A stretch of DNA of 64,000 nt. Source: a virus. The position numbers and the translations under genes are program-made. The DNA is taken from the IMG/VR virus record IMGVR_UViG_3300050821_004478. One strand, written 5' to 3'. Numbering within the stretch: position 1 is the stretch's first letter; each line of letters begins with the position of its first letter. Positions 46,998 to 56,913 of this stretch are shown one piece after another. Below the pieces are notes generated by a model. It was not told the DNA's origin and searched no databases. It saw only the letters and a program-made list of their open reading frames with translations.

Positions 46998-47043
46998 CCC
47001 TTTCAGGGATTGTGACGGGGCACCTTTCGATGCCCCCTGTTAG

Positions 47044-49146
47044 TTAAAGTGCGGTGGTTGCGCCGAAGCCTTGTGTGTTATCTGGGGCACCCAAACCGGG
47101 TGCTGTTGATTTCTCGATTGAAGAACGGAAGGCTTCGTTGCCTGCCTTTCCAAGTTGCTTCTGATTCTCCATCACCTGTTCTTGTTCGAACTTCTGCTGC
47201 TGCATGTCTTGCGCGTTCTTCATCTGCGCCGCCTGCATAGCCGCTGGACTGTTCGCGTCGTGCTTCTGCTTCTCTACTTCCGTCATCTCACGTAGGAAGG
47301 CTTGGCTGAACTTCCAGCCTGCTGCATCAGTGAATGCTTGGAAGATAGCGACTGCGTCGAACTGGTACCCAGCATCGTTGGCGTTTGCCGTGAACGTTGG
47401 GTTATTGAGAAGTTGTATCATCACTGGAAGTGCTTGTGCCATTTCTTTCTTGGCCCCGAGGTTTGCTCCTGCGAGAACTTCATACTCGACCTTCGCATTG
47501 CGGTATGCGATATGATCGACTTTGAAATCGTTACCGATCTTCTCGCCCAAGATATCCTTAATGACCGATGTCGGCAACAAATCGTTGTCGAGATCGTCCA
47601 TCTGAAAGAGCCAAGGTTCAAAGACCTGACGGACGAATCGTCCGGTCGGGCCATCTAGACGAGACGCGTTCGCCGCGACAACCGCCGCCGCGCCCGTGCC
47701 TGATCTCATACCCGTCGTACTGATGCCTGCATGACCAGCGCCCTGCACTACCTGCTCGTTAGCGCCCGATGTTGCTGCGCCAGCGGACTGAGATTGCTGG
47801 ATGAACGCAAATGCCTCTTGAGGAGGGGTCGGCATTTGTAGGAACTTGAAAGCCTTCTCAACGTCTTCTTCGACGTCTATGATGCCGCCTTGCTCCCAGC
47901 GTGTGTTCTGTGTCGGTGCGTTAAAACCTCTCTTGCGTAGCGCCACAGGTTGCAAGCAGTAAGCTAGCAAGTCGAGCGCAAGGTTGGTTACACCCTGCTC
48001 CACAATCTGCTCGCTGCCGATTAGCAGTCCGAGTCCCTGACCGTAGAAACTGTCTGGGATGTTGCGCCAGTTGGCCGAGTAGAACGGAATCTTGCTGTAC
48101 GGGTTGACTTCATTGCGAATCAAAATATTATGGCCGTTGAAGATCAAGACCACTATGACTTTCTCATCATCCCAATGCTCTAAGATTTCCAGCGGCGCTC
48201 TGTTCGGGTCCGCCGAAGTCTTGTAGCTGCGGGGCTTCGAATGCTGCAAGTAGCCCATCATCCCTTCCGGGATGGTCATAGAAATATTGTCTGGTCCCGG
48301 TGACGTTGCCTTCTCGAACATACGACGAAGGACATCTTCTTCCGGAATGTTGTAACCCTCTACGCCGCGCAGACGGTCCAAATCTTGGTACGTCGCATAG
48401 TCGCGGTAAACAACCCACTTCGCCGTACGGATATCACCGCAGCGGCAGCCTGGGTCCACAAGGACTGTGCGGATATCGCAGAACTTAAGCCACGGATGGG
48501 AAACAGTCTTCTTGTAGAACTCGATCTCGAAGTCGTCTGAGTCCGGCGTATCAATCGGTGCGGTCTCAATACCAGACGGTGCGTGAACCTTCGGCGCGTA
48601 GCGCTTGTATTTCTTTTCGGTCTTCTGGTACTCAGTATAGCCCCACTTCCAAATACCGGTGCCAAGCAGAGCCATCTGCTCAAGCCCGCGTTCTATCTCT
48701 TCCTCGAAGCGCATGGCCTTGAGTTGGAAATTGAACATCGCAGTCTTTGCCTGGATGACTTCCGGCGTGGTACCCGGACTTGGTCGTAGAAGGAAACACG
48801 GGTCTTCATAAAAGATGCCGCCCATGATCTTCGGAACGATGGAGCTAATGTGATTCGAAACCATGAACTTCGGCACTGCCGAGTTCGCTACGTCGGTGCC
48901 GCCACCAATATCATTGGTGGAAATGGGCGACTGATAAAGCAAGTCGGACATCGTCCAACCGCTGGCCCACTGATTGATGTTGATGAAATTGTCTGCCAGT
49001 TCTGTGTTGTTGAGAACGAGGTTGATCGCAGCCGTGTCGTTGAACTGTATGGTTCCGGTCTCCGAGTCGATGTACGTATTTTCTGTGGTGATCTCGGCGG
49101 CCTTCTCCGTTTCCAATCCCGCTATCTGCTGGTCGATATCGCTCAT
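47044..49146 (-). CDS. portal protein candidate
   Basis: 700-aa ORF downstream of TerL and upstream of the scaffold and capsid genes. Assigned from size and position. Confidence 0.6.
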   Translation of the reverse strand: MSDIDQQIAGLETEKAAEITTENTYIDSETGTIQFNDTAAINLVLNNTELADNFININQWASGWTMSDLLYQSPISTNDIGGGTDVANSAVPKFMVSNHISSIVPKIMGGIFYEDPCFLLRPSPGTTPEVIQAKTAMFNFQLKAMRFEEEIERGLEQMALLGTGIWKWGYTEYQKTEKKYKRYAPKVHAPSGIETAPIDTPDSDDFEIEFYKKTVSHPWLKFCDIRTVLVDPGCRCGDIRTAKWVVYRDYATYQDLDRLRGVEGYNIPEEDVLRRMFEKATSPGPDNISMTIPEGMMGYLQHSKPRSYKTSADPNRAPLEILEHWDDEKVIVVLIFNGHNILIRNEVNPYSKIPFYSANWRNIPDSFYGQGLGLLIGSEQIVEQGVTNLALDLLAYCLQPVALRKRGFNAPTQNTRWEQGGIIDVEEDVEKAFKFLQMPTPPQEAFAFIQQSQSAGAATSGANEQVVQGAGHAGISTTGMRSGTGAAAVVAANASRLDGPTGRFVRQVFEPWLFQMDDLDNDLLPTSVIKDILGEKIGNDFKVDHIAYRNAKVEYEVLAGANLGAKKEMAQALPVMIQLLNNPTFTANANDAGYQFDAVAIFQAFTDAAGWKFSQAFLREMTEVEKQKHDANSPAAMQAAQMKNAQDMQQQKFEQEQVMENQKQLGKAGNEAFRSSIEKSTAPGLGAPDNTQGFGATTAL

Positions 49147-49173
49147 TGCGCCTCTATGAGAGGCGCGGCCTCT

Positions 49174-49746
49174 CTATTGTTGCCTTCTCATCCAGTCAGC
49201 AACAAGCTGTATTTGTTCAGCCGTTGCGTTTTGTTTTATTGTATTGGCTAGATAGGAAATCACAAAACAATTTCCTTTCACATATCCAAGTTTAGGAACG
49301 AATCTGTCCAAAGACGCTGACGCGCCTGTAAGTCCTGGGAGCATTTCGAACGGTGTATTAAAAACCGGGCAGTGCCCGTCCCCGATTAATTCCAAAATAT
49401 CATTCTTAGACAAATCAAAAGGTAGGTCTTTCTTTAACGCCCGCCTTCTAGCGCTCTGATACATCGAAGTAGCAAGACGAGTAAAACCACCACATCTTTT
49501 GCAATTATTTCTTCGCTTGCCGTGGTCACATACTCCGATGCCGCCGCACTTCTCACAATAGTGGCGCGGCTTATCGTGTTCACAAATACTGCCGCCGCCG
49601 ATTCCCAAAATTTTACAATCTTTACATACTGCACGAACGTGGTCGTGTTCGCAAATTGAAGAACCGCCGATACTGAGGAGTTTGCATTCCCTACAATATT
49701 GGCGAAGATGGTTATGTAAGCATCTAGCTTTTTCTTTGTCATTCAT
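49174..49746 (-). CDS. HNH homing endonuclease with N-terminal repeated Cys/His zinc modules
   Basis: Repeats SICEHD..R..C..C. C-terminus SLDRFVPKLGYVKGNCFVISYLANTIK. Inserted between TerL and portal. Confidence 0.7.
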   Translation of the reverse strand: MNDKEKARCLHNHLRQYCRECKLLSIGGSSICEHDHVRAVCKDCKILGIGGGSICEHDKPRHYCEKCGGIGVCDHGKRRNNCKRCGGFTRLATSMYQSARRRALKKDLPFDLSKNDILELIGDGHCPVFNTPFEMLPGLTGASASLDRFVPKLGYVKGNCFVISYLANTIKQNATAEQIQLVADWMRRQQ

Positions 49747-49809
49747 AAAACTCTCCAGTAAAGAGCGATCAGGAGAACTGTGTTACTGGCACAATCCTCC
49801 CAATCTTAA

Positions 49810-49838
49810 ATCTTAACACAAGTTGCAACTCATGTCAA
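49810..49838 (-). promoter_or_regulatory. sigma70-like promoter (TTGACA-N17-TAAGAT) with GTTGCAAC palindrome in spacer
   Basis: Minus strand reads TTGACA tgaGTTGCAACttgtgt TAAGAT, upstream of the HNH gene. Confidence 0.55.
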
Positions 49839-49908
49839 GAAGTTTGTTTGGCCGCTACTTCGCTAAAGATACTACCCTGCTAAGAAACTATCCTGCCTTG
49901 CGAAAGAG

Positions 49909-52209
49909 CTAAAGACGCCAGGGACCCTTATTACCAAATATGCGCATGCGTGGGTCGAGAGGGCGCGGTGGTTCTGGCTCCGGTTCGGGTGGTTTCACTT
50001 CACCCGTTTCTCCACGCACCCACTGCTTCCACGTCGGTGCTTGCACGCTTGGTTGACCGGGATTCATTAGGGTCCCGCCATATCGTTGACCGAAATACGC
50101 TTCGTAGTGACGCGCCTTGCGATAATATTTGTCTTGTTCTTCCGCGAGTCTTTTCTCTTCTTCCGGGTCAACAGTATCGATTGCCGGTCGTGCATCTTGG
50201 GGGAGGATGTACAGGAGATACGCGATAGCGTCGGGGATATCGTCCTTACGCCCCTTGTTCTTCTTCTCGCCTGTGTACTGAATGAACTGTTTGAACGTCT
50301 CATCAATCCAGGGTCCGAGCACGAAGTGAAGACGGTGCGCCGACAGCAAGATTTCTATGCTCTTGATTCGATTGCGCTTTGCGTTCTCTTCTCGCGACGG
50401 CTGCTTCCAGTAAATGTACGGTTGGAAACTTTGACGTGCGCCCACGCGCTCAATCTCGTCTCGTAGTTGGTCGTACGCGTTGGACGCTTCGATCATCGTG
50501 ACTTTCGGGCCGTAACGCTTTGACAGCGCTACGATCTGATAAGCCAATTCCGTGTACTTCCACTTGTCGTAGACGATCTCAAGGATGACGAAAGCCCACT
50601 CATTAGCATCGTTCTTGTAGAGACGCGCGACGACGCCGACTGAATAGTCTGACGTCTTTTTATCTGACAGCGCCCAATCCCAGACGACGTAGATGTCGCC
50701 CACTTTCGGTGCGGCTTCGCGCTGGTACATATGAGAGCGAAGGTCGGCCTCAGTAAAACTGATCTTGAAGCCGCTATCTTCGGCGGCATCGGTCGGCTGA
50801 TTAAGTTGCTGATTTCTAAACTCACGCTCGCCCTTCTTTAAGAGCAAGCGATGAAGTTTGTTGAACGTCCACTTCTGGGGAAAGTTCAGCGTTACCATAT
50901 CTTCGGTAAGCTGCATGATCGGAACTTCTACGTATTCCGGTTTTACATCCCATGCACCACGACAGTGATACCTGATAGGTGCTATCTCTTTCTCGCCCTC
51001 TGGCGGCGTAAGACGCGTACCGTACCAATCATCGGTAAAGTAGCGGGTTCCAATATGATCGCTAAACCCATACGGGTCGAGCAAATCATCGGTGCCATCG
51101 TAATCTTTCTTTATCTTGGCTCTTGTCTCTTCTGTGTTTGAATTCGCATTGGTGACAACGTCATCACCCTTCTTGAAATCGCAATGCCAACCCGATATGT
51201 TTGCAACAATCGAATTGACCCAGATCGAACCCTGGCGCTGCGGTAGCATGCGCGCTGGAGAGATCAGTGGTTCCTTCGATGTTCCGTCGACACCGATTAA
51301 GACGTACTCAGGAAACAGCAAGTGAAACGCTGTTGGGTCCTGACCTTCCGCGAGAGAAAAATAGCCTTTGATTTCTAGCAAGAATGAAAGTGCCAGCTTG
51401 TACTCACCAGTGACAATGAGAATGCGGGCATCAGGACAGTTAAGCAAAATCTGTACTGAATCTGCGCCGTCAATCGTCGACTTGTAATAGCCGCGACTGT
51501 CAAGCAACATCATTTCTTTTGTGGGACGACCCTGTGAGTCATAACGCTCTTGGTCATCTATCATGTCATGAAAGTCGTCCAGCGTGTAACCTTCGAAATA
51601 CATTGAAGGAACAGTCGGGCGGCTTTCGTCCACGGTGCCATCAGACTTCAACCACGGGCCACCGAAATTCTTTTGTAGGAACTGATCGCATGTGACTTGA
51701 TGCACCGTGCGATACACACCCATGCCGAGTAGACGGCAAAGCCAGAACAAGTCCTTTCGTGCGCGGTCTCTCAGTTCGAGCCAGCGCCAGAAGCCGACGA
51801 TATCATCGACCTCGTATGTTATGTCTTCGATGCTTCTGCGACGCTGACCCTTCACTCGTTGCGTTGGGTCGCCCTCGGAATTTCGAATCTGAATCTTGGT
51901 CTCGGACGGATTGGGGCGCGTCGGACCCTTTGATTTCTTCTTGCTGCCCTCGTCATCTGCGTCGCCGTTTTCGGGCTGACCAAAATACAGACGCACCAAC
52001 TTGGTGTAGCTGCGAGCCTCGCTCTTAAATCTTACACCATCTCTGTCGAGATGGGCAACTTCGTCGAGGAGTCTTTGAACTGCCGATTCCCTCTCAGCCT
52101 TATCTTGCTCTGAGACCTTCGCAGCCTTCTCGCGGGCGCGAAGCGCTCTCATGCGTTCGGTGCTGGTGGACTTCGACTTCTTCTCTACCGGTTCAAGTTC
52201 CTCGGACAT
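49909..52209 (-). CDS. terL: terminase large subunit
   Basis: Walker A-like LDSRGYYKST, Walker B-like ARILIVTGE, and nuclease-domain VVWDWALSD. The basic N-terminal 200 aa may substitute for a small subunit. Confidence 0.7.
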   Translation of the reverse strand: MSEELEPVEKKSKSTSTERMRALRAREKAAKVSEQDKAERESAVQRLLDEVAHLDRDGVRFKSEARSYTKLVRLYFGQPENGDADDEGSKKKSKGPTRPNPSETKIQIRNSEGDPTQRVKGQRRRSIEDITYEVDDIVGFWRWLELRDRARKDLFWLCRLLGMGVYRTVHQVTCDQFLQKNFGGPWLKSDGTVDESRPTVPSMYFEGYTLDDFHDMIDDQERYDSQGRPTKEMMLLDSRGYYKSTIDGADSVQILLNCPDARILIVTGEYKLALSFLLEIKGYFSLAEGQDPTAFHLLFPEYVLIGVDGTSKEPLISPARMLPQRQGSIWVNSIVANISGWHCDFKKGDDVVTNANSNTEETRAKIKKDYDGTDDLLDPYGFSDHIGTRYFTDDWYGTRLTPPEGEKEIAPIRYHCRGAWDVKPEYVEVPIMQLTEDMVTLNFPQKWTFNKLHRLLLKKGEREFRNQQLNQPTDAAEDSGFKISFTEADLRSHMYQREAAPKVGDIYVVWDWALSDKKTSDYSVGVVARLYKNDANEWAFVILEIVYDKWKYTELAYQIVALSKRYGPKVTMIEASNAYDQLRDEIERVGARQSFQPYIYWKQPSREENAKRNRIKSIEILLSAHRLHFVLGPWIDETFKQFIQYTGEKKNKGRKDDIPDAIAYLLYILPQDARPAIDTVDPEEEKRLAEEQDKYYRKARHYEAYFGQRYGGTLMNPGQPSVQAPTWKQWVRGETGEVKPPEPEPEPPRPLDPRMRIFGNKGPWRL

Positions 52210-52237
52210 TGGGTGACTCCGTAATTCTTATACTGCT

Positions 52238-52507
52238 TTATTGGTTCAATACTTTTTTGGCGGCTTCTCGATTTGCTTCGGCACCTTTTAATTCTGCGCC
52301 CTGGTCTGCCTTCACGCCCATGAAACTATCGCCTTCTGATCGTGCGGCGCGTGCGTGAGAGTAATCTGATGACGCTGCCGCTGGCTTTCCGGCTGGCTTC
52401 GGTCCAAAATTGGTATGACCTGACTTCGTACCGATGCTTGATTTGCCGACGTCGTCGAGAGTCTTGTGTGCGCTCGCGAGCGCGTTTGTTATGAAGTCTG
52501 AACCCAT
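52238..52507 (-). CDS. hypothetical protein
   Basis: Start trimmed to the MGSDF ATG, 1 nt after the upstream stop. Confidence 0.45.
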   Translation of the reverse strand: MGSDFITNALASAHKTLDDVGKSSIGTKSGHTNFGPKPAGKPAAASSDYSHARAARSEGDSFMGVKADQGAELKGAEANREAAKKVLNQ

Positions 52508-52508
52508 G

Positions 52509-52991
52509 TTATGTCCTTGAGACGCCATCAAGTGGGTCTATATTCGATTCTGGCTTCTCTACCTTCGAGCGAATATCCTTGCAAGTCTCGTATTCTGCTT
52601 TCGCATTATCCGAAAGTTTGCTACCGTCGCCTGGGACGCCAAAGACTACGGCGACCGTCTTGCCGTCGTCCACAATTTTTCCGACAATGGCTTTATCATC
52701 TTGCTTTATGATAACTAGTTCCAGCCCGTTCTCTTGGACGTAGTGTTTCCCGTCTTTGTCGGCGCTAACAAATTTATAGACGATTGGCTCTTCCAACTTC
52801 ACAACGCGTTCGGGACCCGGTGCCACCGAAATGACAGCGACGTCCTTACCGATCTCGACGTGGGCACCCACGAATTCTTCTGGAGAACAAGCGCCAATGT
52901 CATAGCCAACTGTCTTGTCTTGAGCAAGCGCGCATCCGGCGAATGCGAGAACTAGTGCGGCGATTCCTACGCGAACGAATTTGAGACTCAT
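52509..52991 (-). CDS. lipoprotein
   Basis: Signal peptide with lipobox LAFAGC. Confidence 0.6.
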   Translation of the reverse strand: MSLKFVRVGIAALVLAFAGCALAQDKTVGYDIGACSPEEFVGAHVEIGKDVAVISVAPGPERVVKLEEPIVYKFVSADKDGKHYVQENGLELVIIKQDDKAIVGKIVDDGKTVAVVFGVPGDGSKLSDNAKAEYETCKDIRSKVEKPESNIDPLDGVSRT

Positions 52992-53001
52992 GGTAACTTC
53001 C

Positions 53002-53220
53002 TTAAACCTTTGGAGGGTCTACACTTGGTGCTGCAGATGAATCTTTTGATGCCGGACTAAAAGCGTGTCCTGTGATTGCGCCCAACACTGTCCCCGTAAA
53101 TGCAACGAAGGTTGAATCCATGTGATGAAGATATTGGAGGATAGTGCCGATGCCAAACACCCCGATACACACAGGAAGATGATAGTCTTTAATATTTGTA
53201 AGTATTTTATCGAGGTTCAC
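53002..53220 (-). CDS. small membrane protein
   Basis: 72 aa with two hydrophobic helices. Confidence 0.5.
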   Translation of the reverse strand: MNLDKILTNIKDYHLPVCIGVFGIGTILQYLHHMDSTFVAFTGTVLGAITGHAFSPASKDSSAAPSVDPPKV

Positions 53221-53229
53221 GGGACCTTC

Positions 53230-53418
53230 TTAATGTTTGAACTTGCCCATCGTATGAGCAAAGTTTGCCATGTGGCGAACATGCTCATTCTTTGAGTTCT
53301 TCGCGGCTTCCATTTTCTCAGCCGGGATGTTCTCATCCTCAGGAACACCTAGAGCGCGATGAAGACCACCTTTGCGAAGGTGGTGCATTGCGCGATATAG
53401 CGAGGGATTCTTCGCCAT
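53230..53418 (-). CDS. hypothetical protein
   Basis: 62-aa ORF. Confidence 0.45.
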   Translation of the reverse strand: MAKNPSLYRAMHHLRKGGLHRALGVPEDENIPAEKMEAAKNSKNEHVRHMANFAHTMGKFKH

Positions 53419-53419
53419 G

Positions 53420-54001
53420 TTAAGCCGCCGCTGGCGGTGCGCCCGCCGCGCCCGGAGGTGGTACCGCTGCCGCGCCAGCCATCGGCTGGTTGGCTACATC
53501 GTTGCCCTCGCCTGGATTCATCTGTGATGTGTGGTCCATCATATGGTCCATGAGTTCGTCGTGCGAACCTACTGCACCCTTCACATCCTTATGTGGACCG
53601 TCTTCATGCACATGGTGTACGGTGTGGCTGCCATCTTTGTGGTGCTCCACATGCGTGTGAGAAAACTTGTGCTTCTTCATATTTGCTCCGTATTTCTTCA
53701 AATATCGTATGGCGCTTTCTAAGGTGGAGATGTTATCTTTTGCATTTCCCAGCATGTGATTGCAAGGTCTGCATAACAATCCCCGAAACTTGTTTGTGAC
53801 GTGGTCGTGGTCTATGTGCGGGGTCTTCTTAAAGACCTCCGAACAGATAGCACATCTGTTGTCTTGCTCGATAAGACGTGCATCGACTACCACTTTGGTC
53901 GTTCCACGTCGAGGGGCTTGTATAAAACGCCGTTTCTCGGGATGCCTCTTTCGATACTTCTGAGCCGCTTCGTTGTTGCGTTCACGCAAACTTTTAATCA
54001 T
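53420..54001 (-). CDS. endonuclease VII-family nuclease with His-rich C-terminal tail
   Basis: Motif CAICSE...HIDHDH..NKFRGLLCRPCNHMLG. The tail reads HKFSHTHVEHHKDGSHTVHHVHEDGPH. Confidence 0.7.
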   Translation of the reverse strand: MIKSLRERNNEAAQKYRKRHPEKRRFIQAPRRGTTKVVVDARLIEQDNRCAICSEVFKKTPHIDHDHVTNKFRGLLCRPCNHMLGNAKDNISTLESAIRYLKKYGANMKKHKFSHTHVEHHKDGSHTVHHVHEDGPHKDVKGAVGSHDELMDHMMDHTSQMNPGEGNDVANQPMAGAAAVPPPGAAGAPPAAA

Positions 54002-54063
54002 AGTATCCTCTGCAAAGGAAAAATGGGACGGCGTTGCAGCGCCGCCCCTTGTAGCTACAAATT

Positions 54064-54978
54064 TTAACTCATCATATGCTTGTCAGCCTGATTGCTGCTC
54101 TCGTGGAGAAGCGCCTTCGCGTAAAGACTTCCGCTGGGACGCTTGAATACCCCGACGACGCCGCCCGGTGTAACCTTAACTAAGTTGTGGTCTCCGTGAA
54201 GCAGGTGACTAACTTGATGAATTGTAGAGCTATGAACGAATGAGATTGTGGGACGGCCAGTCTTCTCGCCCTCTGAGATCACCATCTTGATCTCGGGGTT
54301 CGTTCTGGCTCTAAAATCGTTGATGCGCTCACCGCCCGGAATCTTTTCATCCGGGTTCTTCTGATAGTGCATAATTGCTTTCATGTTCTCAGGCGTCTTG
54401 TGCTGCCCTGCGTAGTTGCCGACATTTAAGGCATCGAAATTTTTGATGACCTTCGTCTTGCCGGGTCCGATAGTTATATCGGCCATCTCGCCAGTGCGAT
54501 TCTTCGAACTTCTGTAAGAAGCACCGAGGGGTTTGTCACCCAAATAGCCTGCAAGAAATCGGCGGACGTCCAAACCTTGTTGACGGCCAACGCTATCCAA
54601 AGGAAAATTCATAGGCCCACGGAAGAGTTTTTCTTTATTTGCTTCCGTCTGGCCGTGGCGCACAAAGAGCGCGAGCAATTTATCGCCTTGCGGTTCGATC
54701 TGTGTTAGCTTCTTCAATGGCTCTACGAACTCACAGCACTGATGCGGTGCGTCGGTGATGATCGCGAGGCCCTTCTCGTCGTGCTGGACTTCTGGGTCCG
54801 CCATCATGACTTCCTGATTACAGCGGTTACCGGTCTGATTCAGATACTCACAATTGGCGCAGGAGTATGGACCGTTAGAGGCAAACCCCGCTAGTTTAGT
54901 GCTGTCCGGCCACATCGGGCCGACCTTAGCAATCAAAGCCCGGAGTCCGTCTATGATCGACGGCCAGTCCTTACTCAT
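54064..54978 (-). CDS. histidine phosphatase (phosphoglycerate-mutase superfamily) with Cys-rich N-terminal domain
   Basis: RHG motif LFVRHGQTEANKE. N-terminus contains CANCEY...C...CC. Start trimmed to the ATG at 54978. Confidence 0.65.
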   Translation of the reverse strand: MSKDWPSIIDGLRALIAKVGPMWPDSTKLAGFASNGPYSCANCEYLNQTGNRCNQEVMMADPEVQHDEKGLAIITDAPHQCCEFVEPLKKLTQIEPQGDKLLALFVRHGQTEANKEKLFRGPMNFPLDSVGRQQGLDVRRFLAGYLGDKPLGASYRSSKNRTGEMADITIGPGKTKVIKNFDALNVGNYAGQHKTPENMKAIMHYQKNPDEKIPGGERINDFRARTNPEIKMVISEGEKTGRPTISFVHSSTIHQVSHLLHGDHNLVKVTPGGVVGVFKRPSGSLYAKALLHESSNQADKHMMS

Positions 54979-55174
54979 TCTTTCTCGCCTCGCGAGCGTG
55001 CGTATATGATGACTTTTTAACATGCTCCGGTAAACCCTTCTCGGGAGTCGAAGCAAAATCGTGGAGTTGTTTGTGCGTCATGTCCGCGAGGCCCTTGTTC
55101 TTCTCGTTCAGGTCTTCGGGATGGTGCTCCGCAATTGCCATCGCGATACGCTGTGCTTTTGATTCGGCTGGCAT
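54971..55174 (-). CDS. DUF3008-like small protein
   Basis: Sequence SKAQRIAMAIAEHHPE...QLHDFASTPEKGLP. Confidence 0.5.
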   Translation of the reverse strand: MPAESKAQRIAMAIAEHHPEDLNEKNKGLADMTHKQLHDFASTPEKGLPEHVKKSSYTHAREARKNE

Positions 55175-55446
55175 TATTTAATCCAGTGAAAATACTGCGC
55201 GACCTGATGAATGCCACCTACAACCGGAAGGACGCAGATGGCTTGAATCTTCTGCCAAAGGCGAGTACTCTTCGCGTCATCTTCCAAGGATTTAACCTTG
55301 GTTTTTATCACGCCGCGAAACTCTCGAAAATCACCGTGGTATGTTTCCACAACCTTGGTCAGTTCTGTGATCGCTCTCAATACTTCTGCGTTATCATCAG
55401 TCATAAAATTTGTCGGGACTATGACTCGACGTGTTGGGGATTTCAC
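55174..55446 (-). CDS. hypothetical protein
   Basis: 90-aa ORF that follows the terminator at 55493-55525. Confidence 0.5.
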   Translation of the reverse strand: MKSPTRRVIVPTNFMTDDNAEVLRAITELTKVVETYHGDFREFRGVIKTKVKSLEDDAKSTRLWQKIQAICVLPVVGGIHQVAQYFHWIK

Positions 55447-55492
55447 CCGGGTGCCCGTGGTGGTCGCGTTTGTGTTTGCGTCCCAGCCAAGC

Positions 55493-55525
55493 GGGGAAAA
55501 GAAGGGGGCGATTTCATCACCCCCT
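55493..55525 (-). terminator. rho-independent terminator
   Basis: Minus strand reads AGGGGG-loop-CCCCCT followed by TCTTTTCC, after the 55532 gene. Confidence 0.55.
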
Positions 55526-55531
55526 AAGTTT

Positions 55532-56140
55532 TTACGACTCGATGGTGAACTCGTTCAACTGCGCCTTGTTCGTTGCGTCCGTGGTTCCGAACGTTACGCC
55601 AACGACGAAGCCGAGAACCGCGCCCTGTTGAAGCAAGGGGTTGCCCGCGTTGAAGTCCAAACCAGATGTGATGGCACTCAATACGGCTGGGGTAGAGTTA
55701 AGTCCAATACGAGTCTGTGACTTGTAAGAACCAACCAACAATCCATTTGCGCCAGCGATTGAAGCACCTACTAGATCAACTTCAAGCGACCAAGGCTCGA
55801 CTGTGAAGAACGGAACAATCGCCGGGGTGGTTGCAATCGAGGTGTAGACCGGACTGGTCAAAGAGCCAGTCACAGCATACACTTGAACTGTTATGGTACC
55901 TGACGGGTCGCCGCTGTCGCTGCCTAGAGAACCAGCCGCGATAATGGTAAAGTCCTGACCGTTGAATACGTTCTGCGCCGGAAGAAACAGAGCGCCAACC
56001 GCGCTAGTTGCAGACGGTGTTGACGGTGCTACTCCGATGGACGGACCAAGTGGGCGGGGGAAATACTTGACAGTTGTGCCAAGACCTCCTACCTTAGACC
56101 CGAATTGCCCGTTTACTCCAAAATCCAATACGTTGCTCAT
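55532..56140 (-). CDS. hypothetical beta-rich protein
   Basis: 202-aa ORF. Confidence 0.5.
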   Translation of the reverse strand: MSNVLDFGVNGQFGSKVGGLGTTVKYFPRPLGPSIGVAPSTPSATSAVGALFLPAQNVFNGQDFTIIAAGSLGSDSGDPSGTITVQVYAVTGSLTSPVYTSIATTPAIVPFFTVEPWSLEVDLVGASIAGANGLLVGSYKSQTRIGLNSTPAVLSAITSGLDFNAGNPLLQQGAVLGFVVGVTFGTTDATNKAQLNEFTIES

Positions 56141-56236
56141 TGTGTTTTCCTTTTAGTGTACGCCAACGCGACGGGAGCACCGCCATGAAGACGCTGTTAT
56201 GGGAACCGCCCTTACTGAGACGGATTGCCAAAATTT

Positions 56237-56620
56237 TTAAACGAAGTTGATTGTAACCACGGTTGAACTCGACGGTGCTGTTACGCCCGCTGTTCCACCT
56301 GTGGTAACTGCGGCTGCGCTAAGCGCGGTGCCGAAAGTCTTACCCAAGCCTGCTCCGGTATAAAGAACGTGCGTCACAACAACGCCTGCCGGAACATAGA
56401 TGACCTCATCTGGCACTGTGGTGCCAAGCACAACTGAGCCGGAAGCCAAGTTGAACAACTTGACATAGGTCGCTGCGCCGCCGTTCGCTGAGTTATCGAT
56501 GATGATGGAAAAAACTTTTGCAGATGAAGCCTTGATGCCCTCTACAGTGGACCCCATCGCGGTAGACGTATATACGATCTCATTTGCTGGAGACGGTATA
56601 TTTACTATTGAAATCGCCAT
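56237..56620 (-). CDS. hypothetical beta-rich protein
   Basis: 127-aa ORF. Confidence 0.5.
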   Translation of the reverse strand: MAISIVNIPSPANEIVYTSTAMGSTVEGIKASSAKVFSIIIDNSANGGAATYVKLFNLASGSVVLGTTVPDEVIYVPAGVVVTHVLYTGAGLGKTFGTALSAAAVTTGGTAGVTAPSSSTVVTINFV

Positions 56621-56913
56621 TAGAAGTTACCTGCCTGAGGAACGACATTCGATGCGTTCAGCGCTGTTGGATTCAGATTAATATTTGCATATGTGGAAGA
56701 GCCGTCTGCGATGACTTGAACCAGATGATAATAAACGGAGGCAGAAATCGTTGCTCTTATGATGTAGGTACCTGCCACAAGACTCGCGAACGAGTAATTG
56801 CCGGAACCATCGACCGTAGCAAAGATGATTACGTTGGTGAGAACATTCAGACACTGTACTTGTGCAGCGGAGAAAGCTGCGCCGCCGACGTTACCAGTAA
56901 TCGTACTTGCCAT
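56620..56913 (-). CDS. carboxypeptidase-regulatory-like (beta-sandwich) domain protein
   Basis: Pattern ITGNVGG..F..AQV......ATVDGSGNYSFASLVAGTYIIRA. GGAGA RBS before the ATG at 56913. Confidence 0.5.
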   Translation of the reverse strand: MASTITGNVGGAAFSAAQVQCLNVLTNVIIFATVDGSGNYSFASLVAGTYIIRATISASVYYHLVQVIADGSSTYANINLNPTALNASNVVPQAGNF

